Source: Myxococcota bacterium (GTDB lineage: Bacteria; Myxococcota_A; Polyangia; Polyangiales; JANWZI01). Taken from it: a DNA stretch of 64,000 nucleotides. The stretch spans positions 3,838-67,837 of the forward strand of contig JANWZI010000005.1 in the NCBI GenBank assembly GCA_025054695.1, given 5' to 3'. Positions within the stretch are counted from its first letter, which is position 1. Each line of letters opens with the position of its first letter. This document shows, one piece after another, positions 9,008 to 18,390 of the stretch. Below the pieces are notes generated by a model that made no database searches, was not told where the DNA came from, and saw only the letters and a program-made list of their open reading frames with translations. A program made the position numbers and the translations under genes.

Positions 9008-9684
9008 TCGGGGAGCGCTTCGCGCCGCTGTTTCCGCCGGACTTCGTGGTCGTCGATGCGCCCCCGGAACCGGGACTGGAGCGCCTGTGGCCGGAGGAGC
9101 GCGGCGCGGTCGAGGGCGCCGTCGTCGCGCGTCAGGCCGAATACGCCACCGCACGCTGGCTGTGCCGCGAGGCGATGCGCCGACTGGGGGTCGAGGCGCG
9201 GGCCGTTCCGTCGAGCTCGGAACGGATGCCCTGCTGGCCCCAGGGGCTCGTCGGGTCGATCGCGCACACCCGTGGCCTGTGCGTCGCGGTGCTCGGGCGC
9301 GCCTCGCGGTGGGCCGCCGTGGGCATCGACGTCGAACCGGACGAGCCGGTGAACGAGACGCTGCACGCTCGGTTGTGCAGGGCCGACGAGCAGCCTTCGG
9401 TGACCCTGTGGGGCGAGGAGCCGGCCGCGCGCGGACGCGCCGTGCGGCTGCTGTTCTGCATCAAGGAGGCCTTCTACAAGTGCCAGTACCCGTGCACGCG
9501 AACCTTCCTCGGGTTCCAGGACGCGCGCGTCGCCGTGCACCTCGACGGACGATTCGAGCTCGAGCTGTTGCGCGATGCCGGGCCGTGGCGTGCCGGCCGT
9601 CGCCTGGCGGGTCGATGGAGCCGGCAGGAGGGATATCTGGCGGCGGGGATCGCCCTTGCTCGGTCCGAAGAGGGCTCGCCGTGA
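9004..9684 (+). CDS. 4'-phosphopantetheinyl transferase (Sfp/EntD type)
   Basis: GSIAHT, GIDVE and FCIKEAFYK motifs. GTGA overlap with the cytochrome gene. Confidence 0.8.
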   Translation: MIGERFAPLFPPDFVVVDAPPEPGLERLWPEERGAVEGAVVARQAEYATARWLCREAMRRLGVEARAVPSSSERMPCWPQGLVGSIAHTRGLCVAVLGRASRWAAVGIDVEPDEPVNETLHARLCRADEQPSVTLWGEEPAARGRAVRLLFCIKEAFYKCQYPCTRTFLGFQDARVAVHLDGRFELELLRDAGPWRAGRRLAGRWSRQEGYLAAGIALARSEEGSP

Positions 9685-9687
9685 ACG

Positions 9688-11040
9688 TCAGTAGCTGACC
9701 TGGAGCCGCAGCCAGCCCTCGTGTCGCTCGGCGACGTCGTCGGCATCCTCGAGGTGCCAGTCGAAGGCAGCGACGAGGCGGACCGCCTCGGCGGGAAACG
9801 CCGCAAGCAGCATGCACAGCACGATGCGCTCGTCGGTGCCGGCCGCCGCGGGCCGCTCGCGGGAGAGGTATCCGAGCCGTGCGCCCGCTCCGACCCAGCG
9901 CCCCAGCCGCTGCGTGACGGCCACGTAGCCCGCGAGCACGTCGAGGGCCTCGTCGGCGCGTACCGGAAGCTGATCGAGCGCGCGGCGGGCGAGGTTGCGC
10001 GCATACGCCAGCTCGCCATACGCATCGAGCTCTCCGAGCGAGGGGACGGCGTGTCGTAAGCGCAGCTCGCCGCCGATCGCGAAGCGTCCGTAGTCGAACG
10101 AGACGTCGGGCGTCATGGGGTCGGCGTCGTGGTCGAACGCGGGGCGCGTGCTCCGGCCCCACGTTCCGGACGCGCCGGCGGTCAGCGGGCCGGCCGTGAC
10201 GGTCAGACGCGCCGTCACGTCCTTGCTCGTGTCCAGCTCGAAGGGTCGGCGCGCCGGCCGCGCGGCGTCGTCGAGGGTGAATCCGTTGTGCGCGGCCAGC
10301 TGCAGGCGCAGACGTCGTTCGAGCAAGCCGAGATCGACCCGCACGCCGACGTCGCGTTCTCCCGGAAAGAGCGTGGCGCCGAGCACCGAGCGTTCGGGAA
10401 ACCAGCGGTCGCCGGTGCTCTGGAGGACTTCGTACCCGAAAGGGACCTTGAAGAGCCCGGCGAAGACCGCCAGATGGAAGCCCTCGAGCGGGGGCCGCAG
10501 CACGGCGTACGCGTCGCGGACGGTGACGCCCGCTTCGGGAGCGTCGAGTTGCACGACGACGTCCGCGAGGGCGAGCCGCGCGCTCACCTTGAGCCGCGCA
10601 CGGCGAACTTGAAACCAGACCTGCCCGTCTCCGGCGGCGGCGACCCGCAGCTCGGGTTGAATGTAACCAGACAGCTCGAACGCTCGGTCCGGCTCGACGA
10701 CATCGGTTCGGCCGTCCCGTGCTGCGGTGGCAGCGACCCGGCCATCCGCGTCGCGCACCGGCGGCCGCGGAGTCGTCGCCGGTGGTGGGAAACTTACGGG
10801 CTCGTCCCCAGTGCTCGCGGGCGCAGGCCTCGTCGGGGCACCGGCGTCAACGTCGTCCGGTTCCCGGTCGTCCGGCTGCGCGTCGACGGTAGCCACCCAG
10901 AGCACCGAAGCCAGCGCGACGAGCCACGGACGTCGTGACGGAGACGAAATGGAGGCAACGCCACCTGGGCTGATGTCCAGGGATTGGGCCCACCCGCCGC
11001 CGTGGTGCCTCGGCACGGATCGCGATGCGCATCGGCGCAC
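9688..11040 (-). CDS. outer-membrane porin-like protein, possibly phosphate-selective
   Basis: Signal-like WLVALASVLWVATVDA. Strand-rich body (FELSGYIQPELRV, KVPFGYEV) ending RLQVSY. Divergent from pstS. Start uncertain (GTG 11040 chosen). Confidence 0.55.
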   Translation of the reverse strand: MRRCASRSVPRHHGGGWAQSLDISPGGVASISSPSRRPWLVALASVLWVATVDAQPDDREPDDVDAGAPTRPAPASTGDEPVSFPPPATTPRPPVRDADGRVAATAARDGRTDVVEPDRAFELSGYIQPELRVAAAGDGQVWFQVRRARLKVSARLALADVVVQLDAPEAGVTVRDAYAVLRPPLEGFHLAVFAGLFKVPFGYEVLQSTGDRWFPERSVLGATLFPGERDVGVRVDLGLLERRLRLQLAAHNGFTLDDAARPARRPFELDTSKDVTARLTVTAGPLTAGASGTWGRSTRPAFDHDADPMTPDVSFDYGRFAIGGELRLRHAVPSLGELDAYGELAYARNLARRALDQLPVRADEALDVLAGYVAVTQRLGRWVGAGARLGYLSRERPAAAGTDERIVLCMLLAAFPAEAVRLVAAFDWHLEDADDVAERHEGWLRLQVSY

Positions 11041-11117
11041 AGAGACCGCGTCAAGGCAAGCCCGAACGGAAGCCCGTCGCGTGCTTCGTTGCGCCTCGTC
11101 GGCCGGGTGCTCCGCGT

Positions 11118-11135
11118 CTGTCGCATGCGTGTCAC
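11118..11135 (+). promoter_or_regulatory. candidate Pho box upstream of pstS
   Basis: CTGTCGC-atgc-GTGTCAC: two 7-nt direct repeats with an 11-nt period, like the E. coli CTGTCAT-N4-CTGTCAY box. A TTCAAT -10-like hexamer follows at 11143. The pstS ATG is at 11190. Confidence 0.4.
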
Positions 11136-11189
11136 GGAAGCGTTTCAATCGCAGCGCAGCGTGCCTCGGCCAACCACGGGAGGAGTCGA

Positions 11190-12194
11190 ATGCGGAGGGT
11201 CGAAATGAAGCACGTGTGGCTCGCGGCGGGCTTGTGGGCCTGTAGCGGGGGCCATGGCGAGGGCCGCTCCGCCGGCTCGAACCAAGAAAGCGCAAGCGGT
11301 GCCCCTGCGAGCCCGCGCCAGGGTCAAACGCTCACGATCAAGGGCTCGGACACGATGGTGATCCTCGCGCAGCGCTGGGCCGAGGCCTTCATGGCCGCGA
11401 ACCCGGGGACGAGCGTGCAGGTATCGGGAGGGGGCTCGGGAACCGGGATCGCCGCGCTGATGAACGGCACGACCGATCTGGCCACCAGCTCGCGTCCGAT
11501 GCGTGACCGCGAACGGCAGGAGTTGCGACGGACGCGCAACGTCGACGCCGTCGAGACGGCCGTCGCGCTCGATGCCTTGGCCGTGTACGTGCATACGAGC
11601 AATTCGTTGCCTGCACTCACGCTCGAGCAGCTGAAGGCCATCTATCGCGGGCGCATCCGCAACTTCCGGGAAGTCGGCGGCCCCGATCGGCCCATCGTCC
11701 TGTACAGCCGGGAGAACAACTCGGGGACGTATGCCTACTTCAAGGAACACGTCCTCGGCGAGGAGGACTTCGCCCCGGAGACCCAGACGCTGCCCGGGAC
11801 GAGCGCCGTCGTCAACGCCGTGGCACGCGATCCGAACGGCATCGGATACGGCGGCATCGCCTACGCCGAGGGGATTCGGTCAGTGCCTCTGCTGGGCGCT
11901 GACGGGCAGCCGGTCGAGGCTACGCTGCAGAACGCGACGAGCCGGCGCTATCCGCTCGCGCGCCATCTCTACATCTACTCGCCCGGCACCCCGGAGGGTC
12001 TCGCGCGGCGGTTCCTCGATTTCGTCGTTTCCCCGGCGGGCCAGAACGTCGTCGAGGGGGTGGGCTATTACCCGCTGGCGCCATCGACGGGACAGGCTAC
12101 GGGGTCGGGACACGCTGCGGGCTCCCCCGCTCCAGAATCCGACGTCCCGACGACGACGAACGTGCCGCTGGGAGAGCAGCTTCGAGGCTCCTGA
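11190..12194 (+). CDS. pstS: phosphate ABC transporter substrate-binding lipoprotein PstS
   Basis: GGAGGAG lies 5 nt before ATG 11190. Lipobox LWACS. TIKGSDTM and VSGGGSGTGIAAL motifs. Confidence 0.9.
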   Translation: MRRVEMKHVWLAAGLWACSGGHGEGRSAGSNQESASGAPASPRQGQTLTIKGSDTMVILAQRWAEAFMAANPGTSVQVSGGGSGTGIAALMNGTTDLATSSRPMRDRERQELRRTRNVDAVETAVALDALAVYVHTSNSLPALTLEQLKAIYRGRIRNFREVGGPDRPIVLYSRENNSGTYAYFKEHVLGEEDFAPETQTLPGTSAVVNAVARDPNGIGYGGIAYAEGIRSVPLLGADGQPVEATLQNATSRRYPLARHLYIYSPGTPEGLARRFLDFVVSPAGQNVVEGVGYYPLAPSTGQATGSGHAAGSPAPESDVPTTTNVPLGEQLRGS

Positions 12195-12203
12195 AGCCTC
12201 GGG

Positions 12204-13277
12204 ATGACTCCGGTGAACGAAACCGGTGATGCGGCGGCGGCCGGGGCACCCGATCCCGCGGTGCCGCCTCGCGACCACGATGAATCGGAGGCCGCCGACG
12301 TTCCTCGCCGGAAGTCGCGGCGGCTGGCGGATTCGTTCCGTACGCCCTGGACCCACCGCCTCGTCGAACGCGCCGTCGCGGCCGTGGCCTGGACGGCCAT
12401 CGTCGCCATCGCGTTCATCTTCGTCTTCGTCGCGCGCGAGGCGATTCCACTGCTCTACGAGCGGCACGAGGACGGCTCGTTCCGCCTCGTCGACCTGTTC
12501 GCGCCACGGCAGTGGCCCGGTTACGACGCTCCGGTCTACGTATGGCAGCCGGTCGGAACACCCGAGAAGTTCAACGTCGTGCCCCTGTTCGTCGGCACGC
12601 TCAAGGTCACGGTGCTCGCGATGCTGCTGAGCGTGCCGCTCGGCGTCGGTTGCGCGATGTATGTGTCGCAGTACGCCTCGCGCCGCGTGCGCGAGATCGT
12701 CAAGCCCGTGATCGAGTTGCTGGCGAGCCTGCCCTCGGTCGTGCTCGGGTTCTTCGCGCTCATCGTGCTGGCCTCGTCGATGCAGGCCGTCTTCGGGTTC
12801 CGCTTCCGGCTCAACGCCACGGTCGCGGCCGTGGCGCTCTCGCTCGCCATCGTGCCGGTCGTCTTCACGGTGACCGAAGATGCCCTCTCCTCGGTGCCCC
12901 GCTCGTTGCACGAGGCCGCCATCGCGCTCGGTGCACGGAAGTATCAGACCACGCTGCGCGTGGTCATTCCCGCGGCCCTACCCGGCATCGCGGCGGCGAT
13001 CATCCTCGGATTCGGTCGCGCCATCGGCGAGACGATGATCGTGCTGATGGCGTCGGGGAACGCGGCGACGCTGGCGCCGTTCGATCCGACGACGAGCGTG
13101 CGCACCGTCACCGCGACCATCGCGGCGGAGCTCGGCGAGGTAGCCCGCGGCGAGCCGCACTGGCGCGTGCTTTTCCTTCTCGGACTCATGCTCTTCGCCC
13201 TGACCTTCCTACTCAACCTCGCCGGTGGGCTCATCGTGCGCAGGCTCCACCGACGTCTGACCGCGAGCGCAACGTGA
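12204..13277 (+). CDS. pstC: phosphate ABC transporter permease PstC
   Basis: Multi-TM permease with an EAA-like loop (LHEAAIALGARKYQT) and an N-terminal cytoplasmic extension. Confidence 0.88.
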   Translation: MTPVNETGDAAAAGAPDPAVPPRDHDESEAADVPRRKSRRLADSFRTPWTHRLVERAVAAVAWTAIVAIAFIFVFVAREAIPLLYERHEDGSFRLVDLFAPRQWPGYDAPVYVWQPVGTPEKFNVVPLFVGTLKVTVLAMLLSVPLGVGCAMYVSQYASRRVREIVKPVIELLASLPSVVLGFFALIVLASSMQAVFGFRFRLNATVAAVALSLAIVPVVFTVTEDALSSVPRSLHEAAIALGARKYQTTLRVVIPAALPGIAAAIILGFGRAIGETMIVLMASGNAATLAPFDPTTSVRTVTATIAAELGEVARGEPHWRVLFLLGLMLFALTFLLNLAGGLIVRRLHRRLTASAT

Positions 13278-14176
13278 CTCGGACGGCGCGCGATCGGGCG
13301 CTCGCCGCCGCCACGGGGCTGTGCGTCGCGCTCGTCCTGGGCATGCTCCTCGTGGTGGTCGGCGAGATCGTGCGACACGGCTGGCCGCAGCTCTCGTGGG
13401 CATTCCTGACCGACCAGCCGACGGCCGACATGACCGGCGGCGGTATCTTCCCCGCGATCTACGGGACGGTGGCCCTCACGCTGCTGATGACCGTCGCCGT
13501 CGTGCCGATGGGCGTCGCCACCGCCGTCTGGCTCCACGAATACGCGGGCCGATCGAGCCGACTCGCTGCCGTCGTGCGCGCCGCCGTCCACAACCTCGCC
13601 GGAGTCCCGTCGATCGTCTTCGGCCTCTTCGGGCTCGGCTTCTTCGTGCTGTTCCTCGGGGGCTCGATCGACGATCTGGTCTACGGCGACCCCACGCGAC
13701 CCGTCTGGGGCAAGCCCGGCGTGCTATGGGCGGCGCTCACCCTCGCGGTGCTCACGCTGCCGGTCGTCATCGTGACGACCGAGGAGGCGCTCCGCGCCGT
13801 TCCGCGCGATTTGCGCGAGGCCGCGCTCGGGCTCGGCGCGACGCGCCTGCAGACGGTCGTGCGCGTGGTGCTGCCGAACGCCCGCGCGGGCATCCTCACG
13901 GGGCTCATCCTCGCGGTCAGTCGAGGCGCGGGCGAAGTGGCGCCGATTCTGTTCACCGGGGCCGCCAACTTCCTGCCCTATCTGCCGTCCGATCTGCGCG
14001 ACATGTTCATGCACCTCGGCTACCACGTGTTCGTGCTGGCGACCCAGTCGCCCAACGTGGAGGCCGCCCGCCCCGCGCTGTACGGCACGGTCCTCGTGCT
14101 GCTGGTACTCACGCTCTCCCTCAACGTCGCGGCCGTCTGGCTCCGCAGTCGCTACCGCGCCGCGCTTCGGAGCTGA
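13274..14176 (+). CDS. pstA: phosphate ABC transporter permease PstA
   Basis: [15 protein letters not shown] loop, multi-TM. GTGA overlap with pstC. Confidence 0.88.
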   Translation: MTRTARDRALAAATGLCVALVLGMLLVVVGEIVRHGWPQLSWAFLTDQPTADMTGGGIFPAIYGTVALTLLMTVAVVPMGVATAVWLHEYAGRSSRLAAVVRAAVHNLAGVPSIVFGLFGLGFFVLFLGGSIDDLVYGDPTRPVWGKPGVLWAALTLAVLTLPVVIVTTEEALRAVPRDLREAALGLGATRLQTVVRVVLPNARAGILTGLILAVSRGAGEVAPILFTGAANFLPYLPSDLRDMFMHLGYHVFVLATQSPNVEAARPALYGTVLVLLVLTLSLNVAAVWLRSRYRAALRS

Positions 14177-14180
14177 TCGC

Positions 14181-14936
14181 GTGCCGGCGAAGATGGCCAC
14201 GCGGGGACTCTCGGTCTGGTATGGCTCCAAGCGGGCCATCCAGGACGTCACGCTCGACGTCGAGGAGAATGCCGTCACGGCGCTCATCGGTCCGTCGGGC
14301 TGCGGCAAGAGCACGTTCCTGCGTACGCTCAACCGGATGAACGATCTGGTCGAGGGGTGCCGCGTCGAGGGCGTCGTCACGCTCGACGGCGAGGACGTCT
14401 ATGGACGCGACGTCGACGCGGTCGCGGTGCGTCGCCGCGTGGGCATGGTGTTCCAGAAGAGCAACCCGTTCCCGCGCAGCATCTTCGAGAACGTCGCGTT
14501 CGGCTTGCGCATCGCGGGCATGCGCGATCGACAAACGCTGGCGGCGCGGGTCGAGGAGTCGCTGCGCGATGCCGCGCTGTGGGACGAGGTCAAGGACCGG
14601 CTCGGCGACAGCGCGCTGGCCCTCTCCGGCGGGCAGCAGCAACGGCTCTGCATCGCTCGCGCCCTCGCCGTCCGGCCCGAGGTGGTCTTGATGGACGAAC
14701 CGGCCAGCGCCCTGGATCCCATCGCGACGGCGCGGATCGAGGAGCTCATCCGCGAGCTGAAGCGCCGGTATACCATCGTGATCGTCACGCACTCGATGCA
14801 GCAGGCGGCACGGGTCAGTGATTTCACCGCGTTTTTTTACATGGGGGAGCTCGTGGAGTACGGTCCGACGGAACGAATCTTCACGCGGCCGATACAAAAG
14901 CGTACCGAGGAGTACATCACGGGGCGGTTCGGCTGA
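14181..14936 (+). CDS. pstB: phosphate ABC transporter ATPase PstB
   Basis: Walker [10 protein letters not shown], signature LSGGQQQRL, Walker B VVLMDEP. Confidence 0.93.
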   Translation: MPAKMATRGLSVWYGSKRAIQDVTLDVEENAVTALIGPSGCGKSTFLRTLNRMNDLVEGCRVEGVVTLDGEDVYGRDVDAVAVRRRVGMVFQKSNPFPRSIFENVAFGLRIAGMRDRQTLAARVEESLRDAALWDEVKDRLGDSALALSGGQQQRLCIARALAVRPEVVLMDEPASALDPIATARIEELIRELKRRYTIVIVTHSMQQAARVSDFTAFFYMGELVEYGPTERIFTRPIQKRTEEYITGRFG

Positions 14937-14937
14937 C

Positions 14938-15636
14938 ATGCCTCAGCACACGAGCCACGAGTTCGAGGCCGAGCTGCGGCGCCTCAAGGAGCGCCTGCTC
15001 GCGATGGGCGGCCGGTGCGAGTCGTCGATCGCGGCGGCCGTGCGCGCGCTCGAGACGCGCAACCCCGAGCTGGCCTCGGCGGTGGAACGCGACGACCGGG
15101 TGATCGACGCGGACGAGCTGGCCATCGACGAGCTGGCCGTTCGCATCCTCGCGCTGCGCCAGCCGGTCGGGCGCGACCTGCGCTTCCTGATGACCGCCCT
15201 GAAGGTCGTCACCGACCTCGAACGCATCGGAGACGAGGCCGTCAACGTGGCCGAACGGGCGCGGGATCTGTCGGCGGCCGTCGAGCTTCCCGAATCGCAG
15301 GCGCTGCTCGGCCCGATGGCCGCGGTGGCCACGCGTCAGCTGCGCCGCGCGCTGGACGCGTTCGTCGAGGAGGACGCCTCGAAGGCGGCTGACGTGCTTG
15401 CGCGCGACGACGAGGTGGACGAGCTGTACGGGCGCATCGTGCGCGCGACGCTCGCCTACATGGCCGCGCACCCGCAGAACGTCGAGGCCGCCATGCGTGT
15501 GACGAGCTGCGCCAAGTATCTCGAGCGCATCGGCGACCACGCGACGAACATCGCCGAGATGGTCGTCTATCTCGTCGACGGCGTCGACGTGCGACACGGC
15601 GGAGCGCGCAGCCGCGAGTCGGCCGGAACGCGCTGA
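14938..15636 (+). CDS. phoU: phosphate signalling regulator PhoU
   Basis: Two PhoU repeats (DLERIGDEAVNVAE, YLERIGDHATNIAE). ATG follows 1 nt after the pstB stop. Confidence 0.92.
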   Translation: MPQHTSHEFEAELRRLKERLLAMGGRCESSIAAAVRALETRNPELASAVERDDRVIDADELAIDELAVRILALRQPVGRDLRFLMTALKVVTDLERIGDEAVNVAERARDLSAAVELPESQALLGPMAAVATRQLRRALDAFVEEDASKAADVLARDDEVDELYGRIVRATLAYMAAHPQNVEAAMRVTSCAKYLERIGDHATNIAEMVVYLVDGVDVRHGGARSRESAGTR

Positions 15637-15640
15637 AACC

Positions 15641-16090
15641 TCAAGGCGTTCCGCGTCCCCGCGCGCCCGGAGCGGGCGGCGGGGGAGGCGGCATCTGCTG
15701 CTCGAGCAACCACGCCTCGGAGGAGACGAACTCGATTCCTCCGACCTCGCCGCGCTCGAGCAGGTCGGGGTGGTCGGTCACCACGCGCGGCACTCCCCCC
15801 GCGCGCGCGGCCGAGACGAGCGCATCGACCCATGCGTCGGGGCCGAGCTTGCGGTCGTCGGCGACGACGCGGGTCAGACTGCGGACGAGCGCCACCTGCT
15901 GCTCCACGGCCTCCGCGCGGAACGATTCGACGCGCCGCAACATCGCGCCCATCCGTTCGAGGATCCATTCCGTCGTCGGACTCTCTCCGCGGTGCTGCCC
16001 GAGCACGCGGTTGACGACGCGCTCCGGTGGGCTGCCGAGTGCGACCGAGGCGTTGACCAGGACGTCGGGACCGAGGACCGGGACGCTCAC
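15641..16090 (-). CDS. hypothetical protein, PIN_3-like by eye
   Basis: GTG 16090. VLGPDVLVNASVA..., DAWVDALVSAARAGGVPRVVTDHPDLLE..GGIEFVS follows the layout of PIN_3 toxins, but several acidic positions are substituted. Confidence 0.4.
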   Translation of the reverse strand: MSVPVLGPDVLVNASVALGSPPERVVNRVLGQHRGESPTTEWILERMGAMLRRVESFRAEAVEQQVALVRSLTRVVADDRKLGPDAWVDALVSAARAGGVPRVVTDHPDLLERGEVGGIEFVSSEAWLLEQQMPPPPPPAPGARGRGTP

Positions 16091-16169
16091 GGCCCTTGCT
16101 ATCCGGGATCGGGCGTGCTGCGTCAAGATGCGTTCCTGTGACGGCGTGGGCGCGACCGCACGACCGCGA

Positions 16170-16670
16170 TCAATCGTACAAGGCGCCCACGATCGCCGCG
16201 ATGCGCTCGAGCCACTCGCGGTCGACGTCGGTGAAGGCGGACGGCGCGTCGGAGTCCACGTCGAGCACGGCGACGAGGCGGCCGGACGGTGCACGTACGG
16301 GCACGACGATCTCGCTGCGCGTCGTCGAGCTGCACGCGATGTGGCCCGGAAACGCCGACACGTCGGGGACCAGTTGGGTGCGGCCCGTCCTTGCCGCCGC
16401 CCCACACACCCCCCGGTCGAAGGGAATGCGCAAGCAGCCATGCGTTCCCTGGTACGGACCGACGGCGAGCTGGCCGGGGGCGACGACCCGGTAGAACCCC
16501 GTCCAGTCGAAGTAGTCGAACGCGTGATGCAACTCGCAGACGACGGTCGCCATCACGGCGATCGCATCGGTCTCGCCGTCGCAAAGGGCGCGAATCGCGC
16601 GCTCGACATCCGCGTAACGCGCCGCGCGGGCCGAGGCGGGCGCTTGGAGCGGCAGCGGGGTTGGATTCAC
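16170..16670 (-). CDS. msrC: GAF-domain free methionine-(R)-sulfoxide reductase-like protein
   Basis: WTGFYRV, GCLRIPFDRGVCG, FPGHIACSSTTRSEIVVPV. GTG 16670 overlaps the stop of the upstream EamA gene. Confidence 0.75.
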   Translation of the reverse strand: MNPTPLPLQAPASARAARYADVERAIRALCDGETDAIAVMATVVCELHHAFDYFDWTGFYRVVAPGQLAVGPYQGTHGCLRIPFDRGVCGAAARTGRTQLVPDVSAFPGHIACSSTTRSEIVVPVRAPSGRLVAVLDVDSDAPSAFTDVDREWLERIAAIVGALYD

Positions 16671-17638
16671 GGACGCATGGTGGCGCGACGCCCGCCGCGC
16701 GTCACCAGGGCGACGCCCGCGAGGACGAGCGTGCCGGAGACGAGCAGGTCCAGGCCCACGCGTTCGCCGAGCAGCGGAACGGCCAGCAGCGCGGCGAGGA
16801 CGGGCTGCAGGAACACGAAGGATGCGACGGTGGAGCTCGGGACCCGGCGCAGCGCCCACGCGTTGGCGACGTAGGTGAACACGGTGGGAATCGCGACGAC
16901 GTAGGCGAGCCAACCGAGCGCGTCGGGCGGAGCCGAGCCGAGCGCGCGCACGAGCGGCGCGGTGCCCACCGGCAGCGCGAGCAGCGTGCCCGCGCAGAAG
17001 GCCACTGCGACGACGCGCAGGCCACCGTGCCGTTCGACCAGGTCGCGCACGAAGACCAGATAGACGGCGTACGAGAGCGAGTTGAGCGCAACCAGAGCGT
17101 CACCGACGACAGCGCCCCGCGCGTCGGTGAGCGCCGCCGGGCCGACGAGCACGAGGATCCCGAGCAACGCGCAGCCGATGCCGGCCGCGACGGCCCCCGA
17201 GGCCCGCTCGCGCCGTGCGGCCACGGCCACCAGCGCCGTGAAGACCGGGATCGTCGTCACGAGCACGGTCGCCCGCACGGCCGTCGTCCGCTCCAGGCCG
17301 TGCAGGAACAGCACCTGGTTGAGGAACACGCCGAGCACGCCGAGCAGGGCGGCGCGGAGCGTGTCCCGGGCGCCCAAACCGATGCGACCTCGCGCCAGGG
17401 CGACGAACACGGCGGCCGCCCCTGCCGTGCGCGCCAGCAGCAACGCGTGGGGCGGGACGTGCTCGAGCACGATCTTGCCGGCGACCGACAGCGAGGCGAA
17501 CGCGGCCTGCACGGCCACCAGGACGGCGTGCACGAGCGAGATTCGCGCTGGAGGGGAGGAAACCACGCGGCCACGCTCGACCGCGCCCGAAGGACTGCAG
17601 GGAGGAGGTGCGGAGCGCGCGCCGCGTGCGGCGTCCAA
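16667..17638 (-). CDS. DMT/EamA family transporter
   Basis: About ten hydrophobic helices in two EamA-like halves. Start uncertain. Confidence 0.75.
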   Translation of the reverse strand: MDAARGARSAPPPCSPSGAVERGRVVSSPPARISLVHAVLVAVQAAFASLSVAGKIVLEHVPPHALLLARTAGAAAVFVALARGRIGLGARDTLRAALLGVLGVFLNQVLFLHGLERTTAVRATVLVTTIPVFTALVAVAARRERASGAVAAGIGCALLGILVLVGPAALTDARGAVVGDALVALNSLSYAVYLVFVRDLVERHGGLRVVAVAFCAGTLLALPVGTAPLVRALGSAPPDALGWLAYVVAIPTVFTYVANAWALRRVPSSTVASFVFLQPVLAALLAVPLLGERVGLDLLVSGTLVLAGVALVTRGGRRATMRP

Positions 17639-17745
17639 GGCGCGCGTGGCCTAGCACGACCCATCGGGCGCGTCGCACCCCGACGAGACGCGCGTCCGCC
17701 GGCGCCCGTTCGCTCCCCTGCGTGCGCCGTCGTACGCGTGATCTC

Positions 17746-18390
17746 GTGAGCCGATCCGCGCGCGAGGAGGCTCTCGATACCGTGCAAGGCGCCCCCGTCG
17801 ACGAGGACCGATGGGTCCAGGTCCTGCGCGCGCCGGTCGAGCCGTCGGACGCGGAGCTCGTGCGGCGGATTCGCGACGGCGATCGCTGGGCGGAGAAGGC
17901 GCTGTACCGTCGTCATGCGTCGCTGGTCCTGGGCACGGCGGTGCGCCTGCTGCGCGACCGCACGGAAGCCGAGGACGTCGCGCAGGAGACGTTCCTGCTC
18001 GCCTTCGAGTCCATCGGCCAGCTCCGCGACGCCGAGGCCGTGCGGGCCTGGCTGCTGCGCATCGTCGTCTCGCGCGTGCATCGTCGCTTTCGCCGTCGAC
18101 GTCTTCTGCGGCTGCTCGGCTTCGTCGACGCCTACGACGAAGGGCTCGCGCAGGCCGCGGGGCCGGAAACGACGCCCGAGCAGCGCGCGGCCCTCGCCCG
18201 CATCGACCGCGTCCTCGACGGGCTGCCGGCGCCGGTGCGCATCGCCTGGACGCTGCGTTTCGTTCTGGGGGCGAGTCTCGAGGAAGTGGCCGCGGCGTGC
18301 GACTGTTCGCTCGCCACGGTCAAGCGTCGCATCGCCGCGGCCCAGCGTCGGCTGCAGGCGGAAGCCGGCGTCGAGGTGCTCGATGGCTGA
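17746..18390 (+). CDS. ECF-type RNA polymerase sigma factor
   Basis: Region 2 DVAQETFLLAF and region 4 HTH SLEEVAAACDCSLATVKRRI. GTG 17746 chosen. Confidence 0.8.
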   Translation: MSRSAREEALDTVQGAPVDEDRWVQVLRAPVEPSDAELVRRIRDGDRWAEKALYRRHASLVLGTAVRLLRDRTEAEDVAQETFLLAFESIGQLRDAEAVRAWLLRIVVSRVHRRFRRRRLLRLLGFVDAYDEGLAQAAGPETTPEQRAALARIDRVLDGLPAPVRIAWTLRFVLGASLEEVAAACDCSLATVKRRIAAAQRRLQAEAGVEVLDG

